From: Clostridia bacterium
GTDB lineage: Bacteria; Bacillota; Clostridia; CAKSNL01; HGM11501
Assembly: GCA_045545475.1 (NCBI GenBank)
Contig: JAZQAZ010000033.1
Location: forward strand, 1 to 27,808
Reading direction: 5' to 3'
DNA: 27,808 nt
Positions 8,227-16,998 of the stretch are shown here, one piece after another. The notes beneath the pieces were generated by a model. It ran no database searches, had not been told where the DNA came from, and saw only the letters and a list, made by a program, of their open reading frames with translations. The translations under genes and the position numbers were made by a program. The stretch's first letter is position 1, and every line of letters begins with the position of its first letter.

Positions 8227-8277
8227 AAATAAGCACCGAAATAGCAAAAAAAATCGCATTTCGGTGCATTTATTTTT
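8225..8277 (+). terminator. Intrinsic terminator after metK
   Basis: GCACCGAAAT(8233-8242)/ATTTCGGTGC(8258-8267) stem followed by ATTTATTTTT. Confidence 0.7.
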
Positions 8278-8286
8278 ACTTTTTAC

Positions 8287-8315
8287 TTGACAAAAAAATG
8301 GATATGAATTATACT
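8287..8315 (+). promoter_or_regulatory. Sigma-A promoter of sigH
   Basis: TTGACA(8287-8292)-17 bp-TATACT(8310-8315). Confidence 0.75.
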
Positions 8316-8355
8316 GTCATTAGTGTGTTTTTACATATTGAACGGAGGAAATATC

Positions 8356-8976
8356 TTGGCGATATCCGATTTTAACGATTTGACCGACGAAGAATTGATT
8401 GAGAAAAGCAGAGATGGAGAGGATTATGCTCTTGATGTACTTATTTCAAGATACATCGGTCTGGTAAGACAGAAAGCTTTCAGGTTTTTTCTTGTGGGTG
8501 CCGATAAGGAGGATTTGCTTCAGGAAGGCTTAATAGGTCTTTTTAAGGCAACTCGTGACTACAAGGCTGAGCTTTCCGTTCCATTCAGGAGTTTTGCCGA
8601 AACCTGTATTAAGCGTCAGCTTGCTACGGCAATTAAGGCGGCGACAAGACTTAAGCACAGTCCGCTTAATAACTCTATTTCATTAAATCGCCCTCTTTTT
8701 GATGATGAGGAGGATTTTGAGCTTCTTGATATGATTTCCGGAGACTCGCTTCCTAATCCTGAGGACATCGTGATTAACAAAGAACGGTATGATATAATCG
8801 GAGAGAAAATCAAAAGCCATTTAAGCAAATTCGAGCTTCGTGTACTTGAATATTATCTTGACGGAAAAAGCTATCAGGAAATTGCTTTGGCTTTGGATAA
8901 AACCCAGAAGGCGATAGATAATGCACTTCAGAGAATAAGACATAAAGTAGAAGCTATCTCGGGGGAAAATCATTAA
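8356..8976 (+). CDS. sigH: RNA polymerase sigma-H factor
   Basis: FLVGADKEDLLQEGLIGLFKA.RDY, F.SFAE.CI.RQ..TAIK.A.R.KH.PLN, KSYQEIA...KAIDNALQRIR; TTG at 8356 after GGAGG. Confidence 0.93.
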   Translation: MAISDFNDLTDEELIEKSRDGEDYALDVLISRYIGLVRQKAFRFFLVGADKEDLLQEGLIGLFKATRDYKAELSVPFRSFAETCIKRQLATAIKAATRLKHSPLNNSISLNRPLFDDEEDFELLDMISGDSLPNPEDIVINKERYDIIGEKIKSHLSKFELRVLEYYLDGKSYQEIALALDKTQKAIDNALQRIRHKVEAISGENH

Positions 8977-8987
8977 TTTTGGAATAA

Positions 8988-9032
8988 GCCCTTGTCGTAA
9001 AAGCGGCTTTTCGGTGCAAGTCCGAGAAGGGT
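8988..9032 (+). ncRNA. Candidate compact structured RNA element upstream of the zinc-ribbon gene
   Basis: Closing stem GCCC/GGGT encloses hairpins GTCG-TAAAAG-CGGC and TTTTCGG-TGCAAGT-CCGAGAA (T-loop-like). Confidence 0.5.
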
Positions 9033-9070
9033 GAATTTATACTATTTTTTTCAAAGTGAGGAGATCAAAC

Positions 9071-9346
9071 ATGTACCAGGACAAGACATTGGTATGCAAG
9101 GATTGCGGAAACGAATTCGTTTTCACAGCCGGCGAACAGGAATTTTATGCAGAAAAAGGTTTTCAGAATGAACCTCAGCGTTGCAAGGCTTGCAGAGACG
9201 CTAAGAAGGCTTCCATGAGAGAAAACAGAGAGATGTACACAGCTGTTTGTGCAGCTTGCGGTAAGGAAGCAAAGGTTCCCTTTGTTCCGAAGAACGACAA
9301 GCCCGTATACTGCAGCGAGTGCTTCGCTAACCGTAAGGCTGAATAA
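9071..9346 (+). CDS. Double zinc-ribbon protein (N-terminal zinc ribbon plus CxxC-x17-CxxC domain)
   Basis: DKTLVCKDCG.EFVFTAGEQEFY.EKGF.NEP.RCK.CR and CAACG....VPF.P...PVYCSECF; SD GAGGAG. Confidence 0.88.
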   Translation: MYQDKTLVCKDCGNEFVFTAGEQEFYAEKGFQNEPQRCKACRDAKKASMRENREMYTAVCAACGKEAKVPFVPKNDKPVYCSECFANRKAE

Positions 9347-9357
9347 TTTTGCTGATT

Positions 9358-9394
9358 AAAAGAGCTTTTGGGTATTGCCCGACAGCTCTTTTTT
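9358..9394 (+). terminator. Intrinsic terminator after the zinc-ribbon gene
   Basis: AAAAGAGCT..TTGGG-TATTG-CCCGA..AGCTCTTTTTT. Confidence 0.75.
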
Positions 9395-9405
9395 ATTTTT
9401 AAAAT

Positions 9406-9435
9406 AAATGGCTGTGAAAATGTTCACAGCCATTT
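9406..9435 (-). terminator. Intrinsic terminator of the dehydrogenase gene
   Basis: AAATGGCTGTGAA-AATG-TTCACAGCCATTT, a perfect 13-bp stem with a U-rich tail on the minus strand. Confidence 0.75.
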
Positions 9436-9439
9436 GGTT

Positions 9440-10402
9440 TTATTTCAGGAATTCCTTATTTACTATACTTACCGGTGTCTCACCGTTTATAAATCTCATT
9501 ACATTATCGGTAACCTCTTTATGAAGATCATCAACGCCTTCGTAAGAGTTCCAGGCAACATGGGGAGAGAGAACAACATTGTTCATGGAAAGCAGGGGGT
9601 TGTTTGGATTCACAGGCTCCTCTTCGAGAACGTCCAATGCAGCACCGCCTATTTCTCCGTTTTCAAGAGCTTCAATTAATGCCTTTTCGTCCACAAGTCC
9701 GCCACGGCCGGTATTTATTAAGATAGCATCGTTTTTCATCATCTTAAACTGTGCTTTGCTAAACATATGGAAAGTGTCATCGTTTAAGGGAGAGTGAAGT
9801 GTGATGAAGTCGGATTCCTTTATTAAAGTTTCAAGATCGGTTTTCTTTACGCCTGCCGATGCAGCATCCTCTTCTGAAACAAAGGGATCATAAACAAGTA
9901 TGTTCATATCGAAAGCGGTGGCACGCTTTGCCACCTGGCGGGCAATTCTTCCGAATCCCACAACGCCCAAAGTTTTATTTAATAAGCGGTGAACTTTACC
10001 TGTGGCAAGGGGACTCCATGCCCCTTCTCTTGTGCATTTGTCGGCAAGGGGAATGTGCTTGCAGGAAGCAAGCATAAGTGAAAAGGCATATTCCGCAACG
10101 TCATAAACGCCGTAACAGGGGGAGTTACAAACATAAATACCTTTTTCTCCGGCTGCTTTTAAGTCCACATTGTCATAGCCGATACCGTAGCGGATTATCA
10201 TTTTGCAGTTGTCCATGCTGTCTATGATTTCTTTTGTGATTGGTGCATCGTTGAACATAATGACATCTCTGCCTTTAACCAAAGCTTTGAAATCCTCTGT
10301 GTCCTTAAAATATGTAACGGTAAAAGAGGCACCTGCCTTTTCAAAGGTTTCTTTTTCCAGGGAGTAGTCGTTGCCCTGACGGTCAAACATAATAATATTC
10401 AT
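9440..10402 (-). CDS. D-isomer-specific 2-hydroxyacid dehydrogenase (CtBP/SerA-like, no ACT domain)
   Basis: RYGIGYDNVD, GVVGFGRIA, INTGRG, AALDVLEEEP, SPHVAW; SD GAAAGGA favours ATG at 10402. Confidence 0.9.
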   Translation of the reverse strand: MNIIMFDRQGNDYSLEKETFEKAGASFTVTYFKDTEDFKALVKGRDVIMFNDAPITKEIIDSMDNCKMIIRYGIGYDNVDLKAAGEKGIYVCNSPCYGVYDVAEYAFSLMLASCKHIPLADKCTREGAWSPLATGKVHRLLNKTLGVVGFGRIARQVAKRATAFDMNILVYDPFVSEEDAASAGVKKTDLETLIKESDFITLHSPLNDDTFHMFSKAQFKMMKNDAILINTGRGGLVDEKALIEALENGEIGGAALDVLEEEPVNPNNPLLSMNNVVLSPHVAWNSYEGVDDLHKEVTDNVMRFINGETPVSIVNKEFLK

Positions 10403-10499
10403 ACTAATCATCCTTTCTGAAAAATTCTATCATAATATATATCGTAAGTCATTGAAAAAATTGCCTTATTTTAAGAAAAAACTGAAAATATTGTCTTTT

Positions 10500-12545
10500 T
10501 TAGTTGAACATGCCTTCTGCACCACGGGAAGTAAACATATTGCGTAGAGCTGTTTTTATAGGTGCATTTTCTTTATTCATCAAATGAGGGTCGGTTTTAA
10601 GGAGGGAATCGGCTGCTTTGTTGGCGGTGTTCAGTATGTCGGAATCCTCGGAGATGTCTCCGATTTTCATTTCGGGAAGGCCGTGTTGGCGAGTTCCGAA
10701 TATTTCACCGGGGCCGCGAAGTTCCAAATCCTTTTCGGCGATTTTAAATCCGTCTGTGGTTCTTGCCATTATATCCATGCGTTCTTTTGTTTCTTTGCTT
10801 TCACTTCCGGTAAAGAGCACGCAATAGCTCTGATCGCTTCCTCTTCCGACTCTTCCACGAAGCTGATGCAGCTGAGCAAGGCCGAAGCGTTCGGCATTTT
10901 CCACCACCATCAGTGTGGCGTTGGGAACATTGACACCCACTTCGATTACAGTGGTTGAGACCAAAATTTTAATATCTCCGGAAAGGAAAGAAGACATAAT
11001 TTCGTCTTTTTCCGAGTTTTTCATTTTTCCGTGGATAAAGCCTACCGGAATTTCGGGGAAAATATCGCACTTAAGCCGTTCGGCAAATTCCACCACTGAT
11101 TTTAATTCCATGGCGTCGCTTTCCTCTACCATGGGACAAACAATATATGCCTGATTTCCTGCGTTTATATTCTTCTCGATAAAGGCGTATATTCGCTTTC
11201 GCATATCTTCGCCCACAACATAGGTTTTTATCTGCATGCGACCGGGCGGAAGCTCGTCAATCACAGAAATATCAAGGTCGCTGTATAAAATGAGAGCCAA
11301 CGTTCTGGGGATTGGGGTTGCGGTCATTACAAGAATGTGGGGCGAAACGGAACTTTTTTCCGCTAAAGCTGCCCGCTGTTTAACACCGAATCGATGCTGT
11401 TCGTCGGTAATTACGAGTGCTAAATCCGAAAATGCGACATCTTCTGAAAAAAGAGCGTGGGTTCCCACGGCTATTTTTATTTCGCCGCTTTTAAGCTTTT
11501 CTATGGTTTCTCTTCTTTCCTTTGCTTTTGTGCTTCCGGTAAGAAGACAAATTGGAACACCGGGAAGCATGGCCTTTAACGAATCGAAATGTTGGCGGGC
11601 CAGAATTTCCGTAGGAGCCATCATGGCACATTGGTGTCCGTTTTTATATGTAAGATATAAAGCGGCAGCACCAACGGCGGTTTTGCCGCTTCCCACGTCT
11701 CCCTGAATGAGGCGGTTCATGGGAGTTTTTCTTATTAAATCGTCACATATTTCGCTGACTACCCGCTTTTGTGCGTTTGTAAATTCATAAGGGAGATTTT
11801 TTAGAAACGGTGTTATATCTGTGTTTTCAAATGCAATACCGGTGAGCGAACTTCTTCTGCCCGAGAGCAGACGCATTCCTAAATTAAGAAGGAAAAATTC
11901 TTCGAAAACCAGCCTTCTGCGGGCAACGGAGAAGGCGTGAGCGTCTTCGGGAAAATGTATGTTTGAAAGAGCATATCTGATTTCGCAAAGGGAATTTTCT
12001 TCCCTTATGTGCGGAGGGAGTGTCTCTGTGATTTCCGGGAGTGCGGCATCCAAGCACTGCTTTGCAACGCCCTGCATAACCTTCTGCGAAAGCCCTGCGG
12101 TTAAGTTATAGACTGGCACAATTCTGCCTGTGGCAAGGTTTTTATCTTCGGTTTCATAAACGGGGGTTATAATTTCCTTTTTACCGTAGGATACCTTTAT
12201 CTGACCGAAAAAGGTGTAGGTTTTTCCAACGGTAAAGTTTTTCATTATATATTTATTGTTATACCAGACGGCGTTGATAAAGCCGGAGTCATCCCTCAAA
12301 ATAAGGGTGTAAACCGCAAAGTTTTTCCGTATGCGGCGAACCTCCGGAGCTGAAAAAACGGTGGCTCTTATGCACACGGATTCTCCGTCCGAAACTTCGG
12401 CAATTTTCCTTATTTCGCTTCTGTCTTCGTTTCGGAAGGGAAAGTGGTAAAGCATATCGTGAACCGTAAAGATACCGAGTTTTTCCAGCTTTTTTGCCGT
12501 GGTTTGTCCGATACCTTTAAGGGCGGTAATTTTTTCCTCTAACAT
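10500..12545 (-). CDS. recG: ATP-dependent DNA helicase RecG
   Basis: QGDVGSGKT, DEQHRFG, MTATPIPRT, QLHQLRGRVGRG, DLELRGPGE; SD AAAGGAGG before ATG12545. Confidence 0.97.
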   Translation of the reverse strand: MLEEKITALKGIGQTTAKKLEKLGIFTVHDMLYHFPFRNEDRSEIRKIAEVSDGESVCIRATVFSAPEVRRIRKNFAVYTLILRDDSGFINAVWYNNKYIMKNFTVGKTYTFFGQIKVSYGKKEIITPVYETEDKNLATGRIVPVYNLTAGLSQKVMQGVAKQCLDAALPEITETLPPHIREENSLCEIRYALSNIHFPEDAHAFSVARRRLVFEEFFLLNLGMRLLSGRRSSLTGIAFENTDITPFLKNLPYEFTNAQKRVVSEICDDLIRKTPMNRLIQGDVGSGKTAVGAAALYLTYKNGHQCAMMAPTEILARQHFDSLKAMLPGVPICLLTGSTKAKERRETIEKLKSGEIKIAVGTHALFSEDVAFSDLALVITDEQHRFGVKQRAALAEKSSVSPHILVMTATPIPRTLALILYSDLDISVIDELPPGRMQIKTYVVGEDMRKRIYAFIEKNINAGNQAYIVCPMVEESDAMELKSVVEFAERLKCDIFPEIPVGFIHGKMKNSEKDEIMSSFLSGDIKILVSTTVIEVGVNVPNATLMVVENAERFGLAQLHQLRGRVGRGSDQSYCVLFTGSESKETKERMDIMARTTDGFKIAEKDLELRGPGEIFGTRQHGLPEMKIGDISEDSDILNTANKAADSLLKTDPHLMNKENAPIKTALRNMFTSRGAEGMFN

Positions 12546-12558
12546 AATGCCTCCTTTC

Positions 12559-12594
12559 AAAAAACGCAAAACGCTTTTGCGTTTTGCGTTTTTT
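12559..12594 (-). terminator. Perfect 16-bp hairpin (terminator) between fakA and recG
   Basis: AAAAAACGCAAAACGC-TTTT-GCGTTTTGCGTTTTTT. Confidence 0.8.
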
Positions 12595-12601
12595 AACTAG
12601 A

Positions 12602-14296
12602 TTATTCGGCGGAGAGAATGTAGGAATATACGGGCTGCTCGCCGTTATACAAAGACACATCGCAATCGGGATATTTGACTTCGATGTATTCGGAAAGACT
12701 TTCAGCTTCTTCCTCGGGAAGGTCCTCGCCGTAGATTACAGTGATAAGCTCGGTGTCTTCTGTTACAATTTTTGAAAGGATGTCCTTTGCTGTTTCAGTC
12801 GCATCACTGCCAACCGATACAATATCCTTTTCAACCATACCCAAAATGTCACCGTCATGAATTTCCTTGTCACCTAAAACAGTATCTCTGACAGCGTGGG
12901 TGATAAGGCCGGTGGTTACATTTTTGGCCGCCGAGGTCATGGCAGATGAGTTTTCATCCGATTCGCCTTCGGGGTTGAAGGAAACCATGGCGCTTATGCC
13001 CTGAGGAATGGATTTTGTGGGAATTACAACGATATTTTTATCGGAAATTCCTGCGGCTTGTTCTGCCGCCATGATGATGTTTTTGTTATTGGGAAGAACA
13101 TAGATGTTCTCCGCATCAATGGTTTCGATGGCGGATAAAATGTCCTCTGTGCTGGGATTCATTGTCTGTCCGCCGGAAATTACATATGCACCAAGGTCAC
13201 GGAAAAGCTTTTCCACACCGCTTCCTGCGGCAACGGAAAGAGCGGCATTTTTAGTTGCAGATACGCCGTTTGAAGGTGATTGTACTGGGTTTTCGGGAAG
13301 TGCTTCCTCAGAAGGCTTTTCTTCTGCTGAATCTTCTTTGGGAGCAACTTCTGTTTTGGAGCTTTCCAAAATTTCGCTGTGCTGTTTTCTCATGTTTTCA
13401 ATTTTTACGGTTGCAAGTTCACCCAGCTTTACGGCATATTCCAGAACGAATCCGGGATTGTTTGTGTGAATGTGAACTTTTATAATATCATCATCGTCAA
13501 TTACAACCATGGAATCGCCGATTTTTTCAATGGCATTTTTCATTTTCTCCGCACTTACCTTGGAGGATGATTTTTCGACGATGAATTCTGTGCAATATGC
13601 AAATTTTATATCTTCTGTCTTAATTGAAGCCTGTGCGGAAGGAGCGGAAGAGGAAGCCTCTTCTGTTTCTTCGGACTCGATTATTTCTCCGGTTACGAGA
13701 TAGTGAAGCATACCTTCGAAAATAACCATAAGTCCCTTGCCGCCGGCATCAACTACGTTTGCCTGACGAAGGGCAGGGAGCATATCTGTGGTTTTTGAAA
13801 GCATTTCATTACCTTTTTTAACCACATAACTGAAGAAAGAAATAAAATCTTCTTTGTTTTCTGCACTGATGGCGGCATCGGCCGAAGCACGGATGACAGT
13901 AAGAATGGTTCCCTCGGTGGGCTTCATAACAGCACGATATGCACTGTCACAGCCTTCCTTTAGGCAGCGGGCAAATTCTTCCGGTGTCAGCTCGGCTTTG
14001 CCCTTTGAAGCTGTGGCAATACCTCGCATAATCTGAGAAAGGATTACGCCTGAGTTACCTCTTGCTCCACGAAGGGTATAAGATGAAGCACTCATGGCCA
14101 CTTTGTCAAAGCTTACTGCATCGTAAGGGATATTTACGGCGGCGTTTTTGAAAGTCAAAGACATGTTTGTGCCCGTGTCGCCATCGGGAACGGGAAAAAC
14201 ATTTAAAGCATCGACAGCCACCTTATTGTTAAGCAGGTTATTTGCACCGGATTTTATCATTAAGGCAAAAACCGAGGCAGTTAATTTTTCCATCAC
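12602..14296 (-). CDS. fakA: DAK2-domain fatty acid kinase subunit A (YloV/FakA)
   Basis: LNVFPVPDGDTGTNM, GARGNSGVILSQ, VVDAGG.G, YCTEF, KVHIHT, GGQTMNPST, LPNNKNI; start GTG14296 or ATG14293. Confidence 0.93.
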   Translation of the reverse strand: MMEKLTASVFALMIKSGANNLLNNKVAVDALNVFPVPDGDTGTNMSLTFKNAAVNIPYDAVSFDKVAMSASSYTLRGARGNSGVILSQIMRGIATASKGKAELTPEEFARCLKEGCDSAYRAVMKPTEGTILTVIRASADAAISAENKEDFISFFSYVVKKGNEMLSKTTDMLPALRQANVVDAGGKGLMVIFEGMLHYLVTGEIIESEETEEASSSAPSAQASIKTEDIKFAYCTEFIVEKSSSKVSAEKMKNAIEKIGDSMVVIDDDDIIKVHIHTNNPGFVLEYAVKLGELATVKIENMRKQHSEILESSKTEVAPKEDSAEEKPSEEALPENPVQSPSNGVSATKNAALSVAAGSGVEKLFRDLGAYVISGGQTMNPSTEDILSAIETIDAENIYVLPNNKNIIMAAEQAAGISDKNIVVIPTKSIPQGISAMVSFNPEGESDENSSAMTSAAKNVTTGLITHAVRDTVLGDKEIHDGDILGMVEKDIVSVGSDATETAKDILSKIVTEDTELITVIYGEDLPEEEAESLSEYIEVKYPDCDVSLYNGEQPVYSYILSAE

Positions 14297-14308
14297 TTGG
14301 TTTCCTCC

Positions 14309-14668
14309 TTAGTTGTTGGACCTTATTGACTCGACGTGTATAATAACTTCTTTTACATTAAAGCCGGTCATTTCGGTAACCTGATAACGGACATTGTGAA
14401 TTATACTTTCGCAAATTGCATTTATATTAAGTCCGTACTGTGTGATTATATGAAGATGTATAGTCAAAGAATTGTCTTCCGCAATAAAAACCTTTACGCC
14501 TTTTGATGCACCTTCGCCCTTCAAAAGACTTACTACGCCTTCTGCGGTGGAACGGTGAGCCATTCCCACAACGCCGTAGCTTCCGGAAGCTACCGTTGCG
14601 GCAATACGGGAAATGACTGCTTCATCGAGTATTATATCGCCCAAAGCGTTTTCTGTTTTACCTATCAT
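14309..14668 (-). CDS. Asp23/Gls24-family envelope stress protein (YloU-like)
   Basis: G.I....VI..IA...A...YGVVGM...KGVKV...I.LHII..YG; canonical position upstream of yloV/fakA. Confidence 0.9.
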   Translation of the reverse strand: MIGKTENALGDIILDEAVISRIAATVASGSYGVVGMAHRSTAEGVVSLLKGEGASKGVKVFIAEDNSLTIHLHIITQYGLNINAICESIIHNVRYQVTEMTGFNVKEVIIHVESIRSNN

Positions 14669-14708
14669 GGGACACCTCCTGAAATGTATAAAATAACTAT
14701 TCTATTGT

Positions 14709-14776
14709 ATTATACTATAAATTTTTCATTTTGTAAAGAGAATATATTTGACGTTTTTCGTATTTTATGATATACT
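14709..14776. promoter_or_regulatory. Divergent sigma-A promoter pair
   Basis: Minus: TTTACA(14737-14732)-17-TATAAT(14714-14709). Plus: TTGACG(14748-14753)-17-TATACT(14771-14776) with extended TG. Confidence 0.65.
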
Positions 14777-14812
14777 GTTATTAAAGAAAAATTCTTTGAA
14801 GGAGGGCATTTT

Positions 14813-15415
14813 ATGAAAAATAGAATTATTACCATCAGCAGACAGATAGGAAGCGGAGGAAAATCGGCAGGTAAAGAGCTTGCATCACTTCTTTCGGTGC
14901 CCTTTTATGACCGTGCAATCGTTGATCTTGCAGCAAAGGAAAGCGGAATGGATGCTGAATTTATCGAGAGCGGAGAGCAGATGATTACGTCAAGCATGCT
15001 CTTTAACGTGGCAACTATGGGATACGGCGGGTATTTCACAGACGCCGGAAATACGTTGACCGATAAAATTTATATGGCGGAAAGCAAGGTAATTCGTGCC
15101 ATCGCTGAAAAAGGCCCCTGCGTAATCGTTGGTCGCTGTGCGGACTATATTTTAAGAGAATACGATTGCTTTAACGTATTCATGTATGCACAAAATCCTG
15201 TAAGAGTGGAACGTATCATGGAAGAGAGAGGCGTGACACAGAAGGAAGCGGAAAAAATCATAAAGATAAGCGATAAGAGAAGAAGTCGCCACTATGAGCA
15301 TTACACCGGCAGAAGCTGGGGAAAGGCTACAAACTATCACCTTTGCATCGATGGCGGTGAAACAGGTTATAAGCTTGCGGCTGAAATTATCTTAAAGGCA
15401 TCCGGGATGAAGTAA
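14813..15415 (+). CDS. Cytidylate kinase-like family protein
   Basis: IITISRQIGSGG, CVIVGRCADYIL, D..R..HY..YTG..WG...NYHL.ID. Confidence 0.88.
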   Translation: MKNRIITISRQIGSGGKSAGKELASLLSVPFYDRAIVDLAAKESGMDAEFIESGEQMITSSMLFNVATMGYGGYFTDAGNTLTDKIYMAESKVIRAIAEKGPCVIVGRCADYILREYDCFNVFMYAQNPVRVERIMEERGVTQKEAEKIIKISDKRRSRHYEHYTGRSWGKATNYHLCIDGGETGYKLAAEIILKASGMK

Positions 15416-15423
15416 GCCTTTGC

Positions 15424-15452
15424 TTGACAAAACAGGTAAACTGTGATAGAAT
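15424..15452 (+). promoter_or_regulatory. Sigma-A promoter of the glp operon
   Basis: TTGACA(15424-15429)-17 bp-TAGAAT(15447-15452) with extended TG. Confidence 0.8.
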
Positions 15453-15470
15453 TTAATAAATTAATATTAT

Positions 15471-15535
15471 GCAGAGATTTGGAGATGCACTTATAGAAGA
15501 GAGCGAAAGCTCTCTTCTTGGGTGTGTCTTTTTTT
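15471..15535 (+). promoter_or_regulatory. GlpP-type leader attenuator (terminator with probable antiterminator-binding site)
   Basis: AGATGCACTTA.AGAAGAGAGC-GAAA-GCTCTCTTCT.TGGGTGTGTCT plus T-tract lies between promoter and first gene; its 5' edge AGAGATTTGGAGATGCAC resembles GGAGA.CAC glp leaders; glpP is in the operon. Confidence 0.78.
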
Positions 15536-15558
15536 ATTAAAAGAAAGGAAATGATGAA

Positions 15559-16998
15559 ATGTACGACGTGGCGATAATCGGTGCCGGAGTAATAGGGACT
15601 CTCACAGCGAGAGAGCTTTCACGCTACAACTTGAAATGTGTTGTCCTTGAAAAGGAAAACGATGTTGCAATGGGAACCAGCAAGGCAAACAGTGCTATTG
15701 TTCATGCGGGTTTTGACGCAAAGGAAGGCTCTAAAAAGGCTTACTTCAATGTGAAAGGCTCAAAAATGATGGAAAAGGTAGCATCAGAGCTTGGCGTAAA
15801 ATATATAAAGAACGGCTCTTTGGTTTTAGCTTTTGACGATGAGGACATGAAAACCGTAGCTGAGCTTTATGAGCGTGGTATAAAAAACGGTGTAGAAGGC
15901 CTTTTTGTATTAAACCGTGAACAGCTTCTTAAGGTTGAACCCAATATAGGCGATGATGCAATTGGTGCACTTCATGCAACAACAGGTGCGATTATCTGCC
16001 CTTACGGCCTTGCAATTGCTGCAATGGGAAATGCTATGGATAACGGTTGCGAGCTTAAGACTAACTTTGCTGTTAAAAACATAGAAAAAGGCGACGGCAA
16101 ATATGTTATTTCCTCTGAAAATGAAACTTTAGAGGCAACTTACGTTGTAAATGCTGCAGGTTTATTTGCAGATGAGCTTAATAAAAAGGTGGATGACTCT
16201 GCTTTTTCCACTCACCCCAGAAAGGGCGAATATTTCGTAATGGATAAGGCACTTGGATCCCTTGTTAAAAGCACGGTTTTCGTAACACCCTCTGCCAAGG
16301 GTAAGGGAATACTTGTTTCTCCCACTGTTGACGGAAACCTGCTCCTTGGTCCTACGGCTGATGATATAGAAGATAAAACAGACATTGAAACAACCGATGA
16401 GGGTGCTGCAAAAATCAGAAGTCAGGCAATGAGAAGTGTGAAGGGAATAGACATGAGAAAGGTAATAACCTCCTTTGCAGGTCTTCGTGCTGTGGGAAAT
16501 ACAGGTGATTTTGAAATTACGGCAAAGGATAATTATGTTGCCGCAATGGGAATTGAATCTCCGGGACTTTCTGCGTCTCCCGCAATTGCAGAGCATATTG
16601 CGGAACTTTTATTTACTATGGGGCTTAAAAAGGAAGAGAAGAAGGACTTTAATCCTATTCGCCGTCCTATGGACTTTTTCAAAACTCTTTCAACCGAAGA
16701 GAAAAATGCCCTTATAAAGGAGCGTCCCTCCTACGGAAGAATTGTTTGCCGCTGTGAGGAAATTACCGAGGGAGAAATAATCGATGCACTTACACTTAAT
16801 CCCAAGGCAAAGGATTTAGACGGTGTTAAGAGAAGAACAAGAAGCGGAATGGGACGTTGTCAGGGCGGTTTCTGTTCTCCTTCCGTAACAGAGCTTATCG
16901 CTAAAATTTCGGGCGTTGCATACGAGGATGTAACAAAGACGGGCGAAGGCTCCGGCATAAACTTTGAAAGAACGAAGGGAGGAAAGCACGATGCTTAA
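15559..16998 (+). CDS. FAD-dependent oxidoreductase with C-terminal BFD-like [2Fe-2S] domain; probable glycerol-3-phosphate dehydrogenase subunit
   Basis: DVAIIGAGVIG, TSKANSAIVHAG, GIESPGLSASPAIA, VCRCEEITEGEI...KRRTRSGMGRCQGGFC; glpP context. Confidence 0.85.
   Translation: MYDVAIIGAGVIGTLTARELSRYNLKCVVLEKENDVAMGTSKANSAIVHAGFDAKEGSKKAYFNVKGSKMMEKVASELGVKYIKNGSLVLAFDDEDMKTVAELYERGIKNGVEGLFVLNREQLLKVEPNIGDDAIGALHATTGAIICPYGLAIAAMGNAMDNGCELKTNFAVKNIEKGDGKYVISSENETLEATYVVNAAGLFADELNKKVDDSAFSTHPRKGEYFVMDKALGSLVKSTVFVTPSAKGKGILVSPTVDGNLLLGPTADDIEDKTDIETTDEGAAKIRSQAMRSVKGIDMRKVITSFAGLRAVGNTGDFEITAKDNYVAAMGIESPGLSASPAIAEHIAELLFTMGLKKEEKKDFNPIRRPMDFFKTLSTEEKNALIKERPSYGRIVCRCEEITEGEIIDALTLNPKAKDLDGVKRRTRSGMGRCQGGFCSPSVTELIAKISGVAYEDVTKTGEGSGINFERTKGGKHDA

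Noticed and set aside
8988-9032. tRNA or cobalamin riboswitch, suggested by GGTGCAAGTCC
   Set aside because: Too short, with no acceptor, D or anticodon arms and no B12-box; kept only as an unclassified structured element.
13260-13370. Pro/Glu/Ser-rich stretch in FakA as a possible insertion element
   Set aside because: In frame, no repeats at its edges, and located at the variable interdomain linker.
14669-14812. rpmB (L28), often divergent from asp23/yloU
   Set aside because: No L28-like ORF in this 144-nt gap; a cytidylate-kinase-like gene occupies the divergent position.
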